This document shows positions 61,660-64,000 of a stretch of DNA of 64,000 nucleotides, in pieces. Source of the stretch: Mustelus asterias (Eukaryota); assembly GCF_964213995.1 (NCBI RefSeq), contig NW_027590151.1, positions 496,001-560,000 of the forward strand, given 5' to 3'. The notes beneath the pieces are model-generated. The model was not told the origin of the DNA, did not search any database, and was given only the letters and a program-made list of their open reading frames with translations. The first letter of the stretch is position 1. Each line of letters begins with the position of its first letter. A program made the position numbers and the translations under genes.

Positions 61660-64000
61660 CCTCATAGAAACATAAAAACGTAGAAGATCGTAGCAGGAGG
61701 AGGCCATTCGGCCCTTCGAGCCTACTCTGCCCTTCATTACGATCACGGCTGATCGTCCAACTCAGTAACCTAATCCTGCTTTTTCCCCATAACTTTTGAT
61801 CCCATTCGCCCCAAGTGCTATATCTAGCTGCCTCTTGAGTACATTCAATGTTTTGGCATCTACTACTTCCTGGGGTAATGAATTCCACAAGCTAGCACTC
61901 CTTGGGTGAAGAAATGTCTCCTCACCTCCGTCCTAAATGGTCCACCACGAATCCTCAGACTGTGACCCCTGATTCTGGACTCCCTCATCATCAGGAACAT
62001 CCGCCCTGCATCTATGCTGTCTCGTCCTATCGGAATTTTGTAAGTCTCCATAAGATTCCCCCCTCATTCGTCTGAAGTCCAGCGAAAACAGTCCTAACCT
62101 AGTCAATCTCTCCTCGTACATCAGCTCCATCATCCCCGGAATCAGCCTGGTAAAGTTTCGCTGCAGTACCTCGAGAGCAAAGACATCCTTCCTCAGAAAA
62201 GGAGACCAAAACTGCACACAATATTCTAGGTGCGGCCTCACCAAGTCCCTCTATAATTGCAATGACACATCCCTGCTCCTGTACTCAAAACCACTCGCAA
62301 TGAAGGCCAGCATACCATTTGCCTTCTTTACTGCCTGCTGCACCTGCATGCTTAACTTCAGCGACTGTTGAATAAGGACACCCAGGTCTCGATGCAAACT
62401 CTCCTCCCCCAATTTAGAGCCATTCAGGTAGTAATCTGCCTTCTTGTTTTTGTTTCCAAAGTGAATAAACTCACACTTATCCAAATTATACTGCATCTAC
62501 CACTGATTTGACAACTCACCCAGCCTGTCCAGATCAGGCTGAAGGATCTCTGCATCCTCGTCACAGTTCACCCTCCCAGCCAACTTGGTATCATCTGCAA
62601 ACTTTGAGATGTTACATTTTGTTCCCTCGTCCAAATCATTAATACATATTGTGAATAGCTGGGGTCCCAGCACCGATCCCTGTGGCACTCCACAAGATAC
62701 TGCCTGCCAATTTAAAAATGGCAAATTAATTCCTACTCTTTATTTCCTCTCTGCCAACCAATTTTCTGTCCATCTAAATACAGTTCCCCAATTCCATGCA
62801 CTTTAAATATGCCCGATAATCTCTTATGCGGGACTTTGCCAAACGATTTCTTAAAGTCCAAATATACCACATCGACTGGCTCCCCCTTGTCAACCCTACT
62901 CGTTACATCTTCAAAGAATTCCAACAGATTTCTCAAGCATGATTTCCCCTTCATAAATCCATGCTGATTCTGTCTGATCCTGCCACTGCTTTCAAAGTAC
63001 TCCGCTATAAGTACTTGATAATGGATTCGAGAATTTTCCCCACTACCGATGTGAGGCTTACTGGTCTATAATTCCCTGTTTTCTCTCTACAACCCTTTCT
63101 GAATATTGGAATAACATTAGCTACTCTCCAATCTGCAGGGACTCTTCCAGAGTCTATAGAATCCTGGAAGATTACCACCAATGCATCCATTATTTCTAGA
63201 GCCACTTCCTCAAGTACTCTGGGATGTAGATTATCAACCCCTGGGGATTTATCCACATTCAATCCCATCAATTTTCCCAGCAACATTTCTCTACTCATGT
63301 TGATTTCCCTCAGTTCTTCCCTCTTACTCAATATTGCATTCTCCAACATTTCTGGTATCTGATTTGTGTCCTCATTTGTGAAGAGAGAACCAAAGTATGT
63401 ATTCAGCTGGTCAGTCATTTCCTTGTCCCCTATTATACATTCCCCCATCTCTGTCTGTAGGGGATCTACATTTAGAAAGTATTAGTGTCAGTCTTTATGT
63501 TCCCTGCAAGTTTACTTTCGGACTGCATTTTCCCCTTGTTAATCAATCCCTTCGTACTTTGCTGAATTCTAAACTGCTCCCAATCCTTAGTCTTATTGTT
63601 GTTCTTGGCCAATCTGTATGCTTCTTCCTTTGATCGGATACTATCTCTAATTTCCTTTGTAAGCCATGGATTGACGCTCTTACTGATTTTGCTTTTGTGC
63701 CAGACAGGGATAAACAGTTGCTACAGTTCCCCCATGCGTTCCTTGAATGTTTCACGTTGCCTATCCATTGTCATCCCTTTAAATATGTCTCCCCAATCTA
63801 TGAAGGCCAAATCACGCCTCATATCCTCATAGTTTCCTTCATTAAGATTCAGCATTGTAGTCTCTGAGTCAACTACTTCACTCTCCATCCTGATAAAAAA
63901 TTCTCTCATGCTATGATCACTCATCCCCAAGGGGTCTCGCACAGCTAATAATTGGCAATTATTACCTTGTCACTACACAGCACCCAGTCTAAGGTGGCCT
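61660..64000 (-). mobile_element. Degenerate CR1 LINE running off the window
   Basis: Serial frameshifted ORFs with [26 protein letters not shown] and VRPHLEYC. Confidence 0.92.

Noticed and set aside
1-64000. IgH-like V segments, TCR constant exons, CRISPR or prokaryotic systems
   Set aside because: No VH-type motifs, no C1-set exon and no repeat-spacer array seen; the sequence is vertebrate.

Overview
Eukaryotic genomic DNA from a cartilaginous fish (shark): the repeats are HE1/V-SINE, CR1 (HER1-type), Rex1/Babar, Penelope-like and DeuSINE. The window is part of a T-cell receptor alpha/delta-type locus. Positions 2.5-49 kb hold ten conventional TCR V segments or fragments in both orientations; two look intact and the rest are pseudogenes, several still with good 23-RSS. 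An intact two-exon GPR139-like GPCR with a perfect kappaB site next to a TATA box sits among them, along with a tRNA-Val and tRNA relics. At 53.9-57.7 kb is a complete, apparently functional NAR-TCR cassette: leader + IgNAR-like V, one 12/12-RSS D, a J, and a leaderless supporting Vdelta carrying the partner cysteine. It is followed directly, with no recognisable D-delta or C exon in the window, by five J-alpha-like segments (59.3-61.4 kb) that all appear crippled, three by the same G>A change at splice-donor +1. Other signals: an intronless leader-V gene, CTCF-like motifs just 3' of V RSSs, an inverted V-pair duplication, very young CR1 insertions (one disrupting a V exon), a probable SINE-LINE template-switch chimera, and minimal hammerhead ribozymes in Penelope-like repeats. 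All calls were made by eye; no searches were run.
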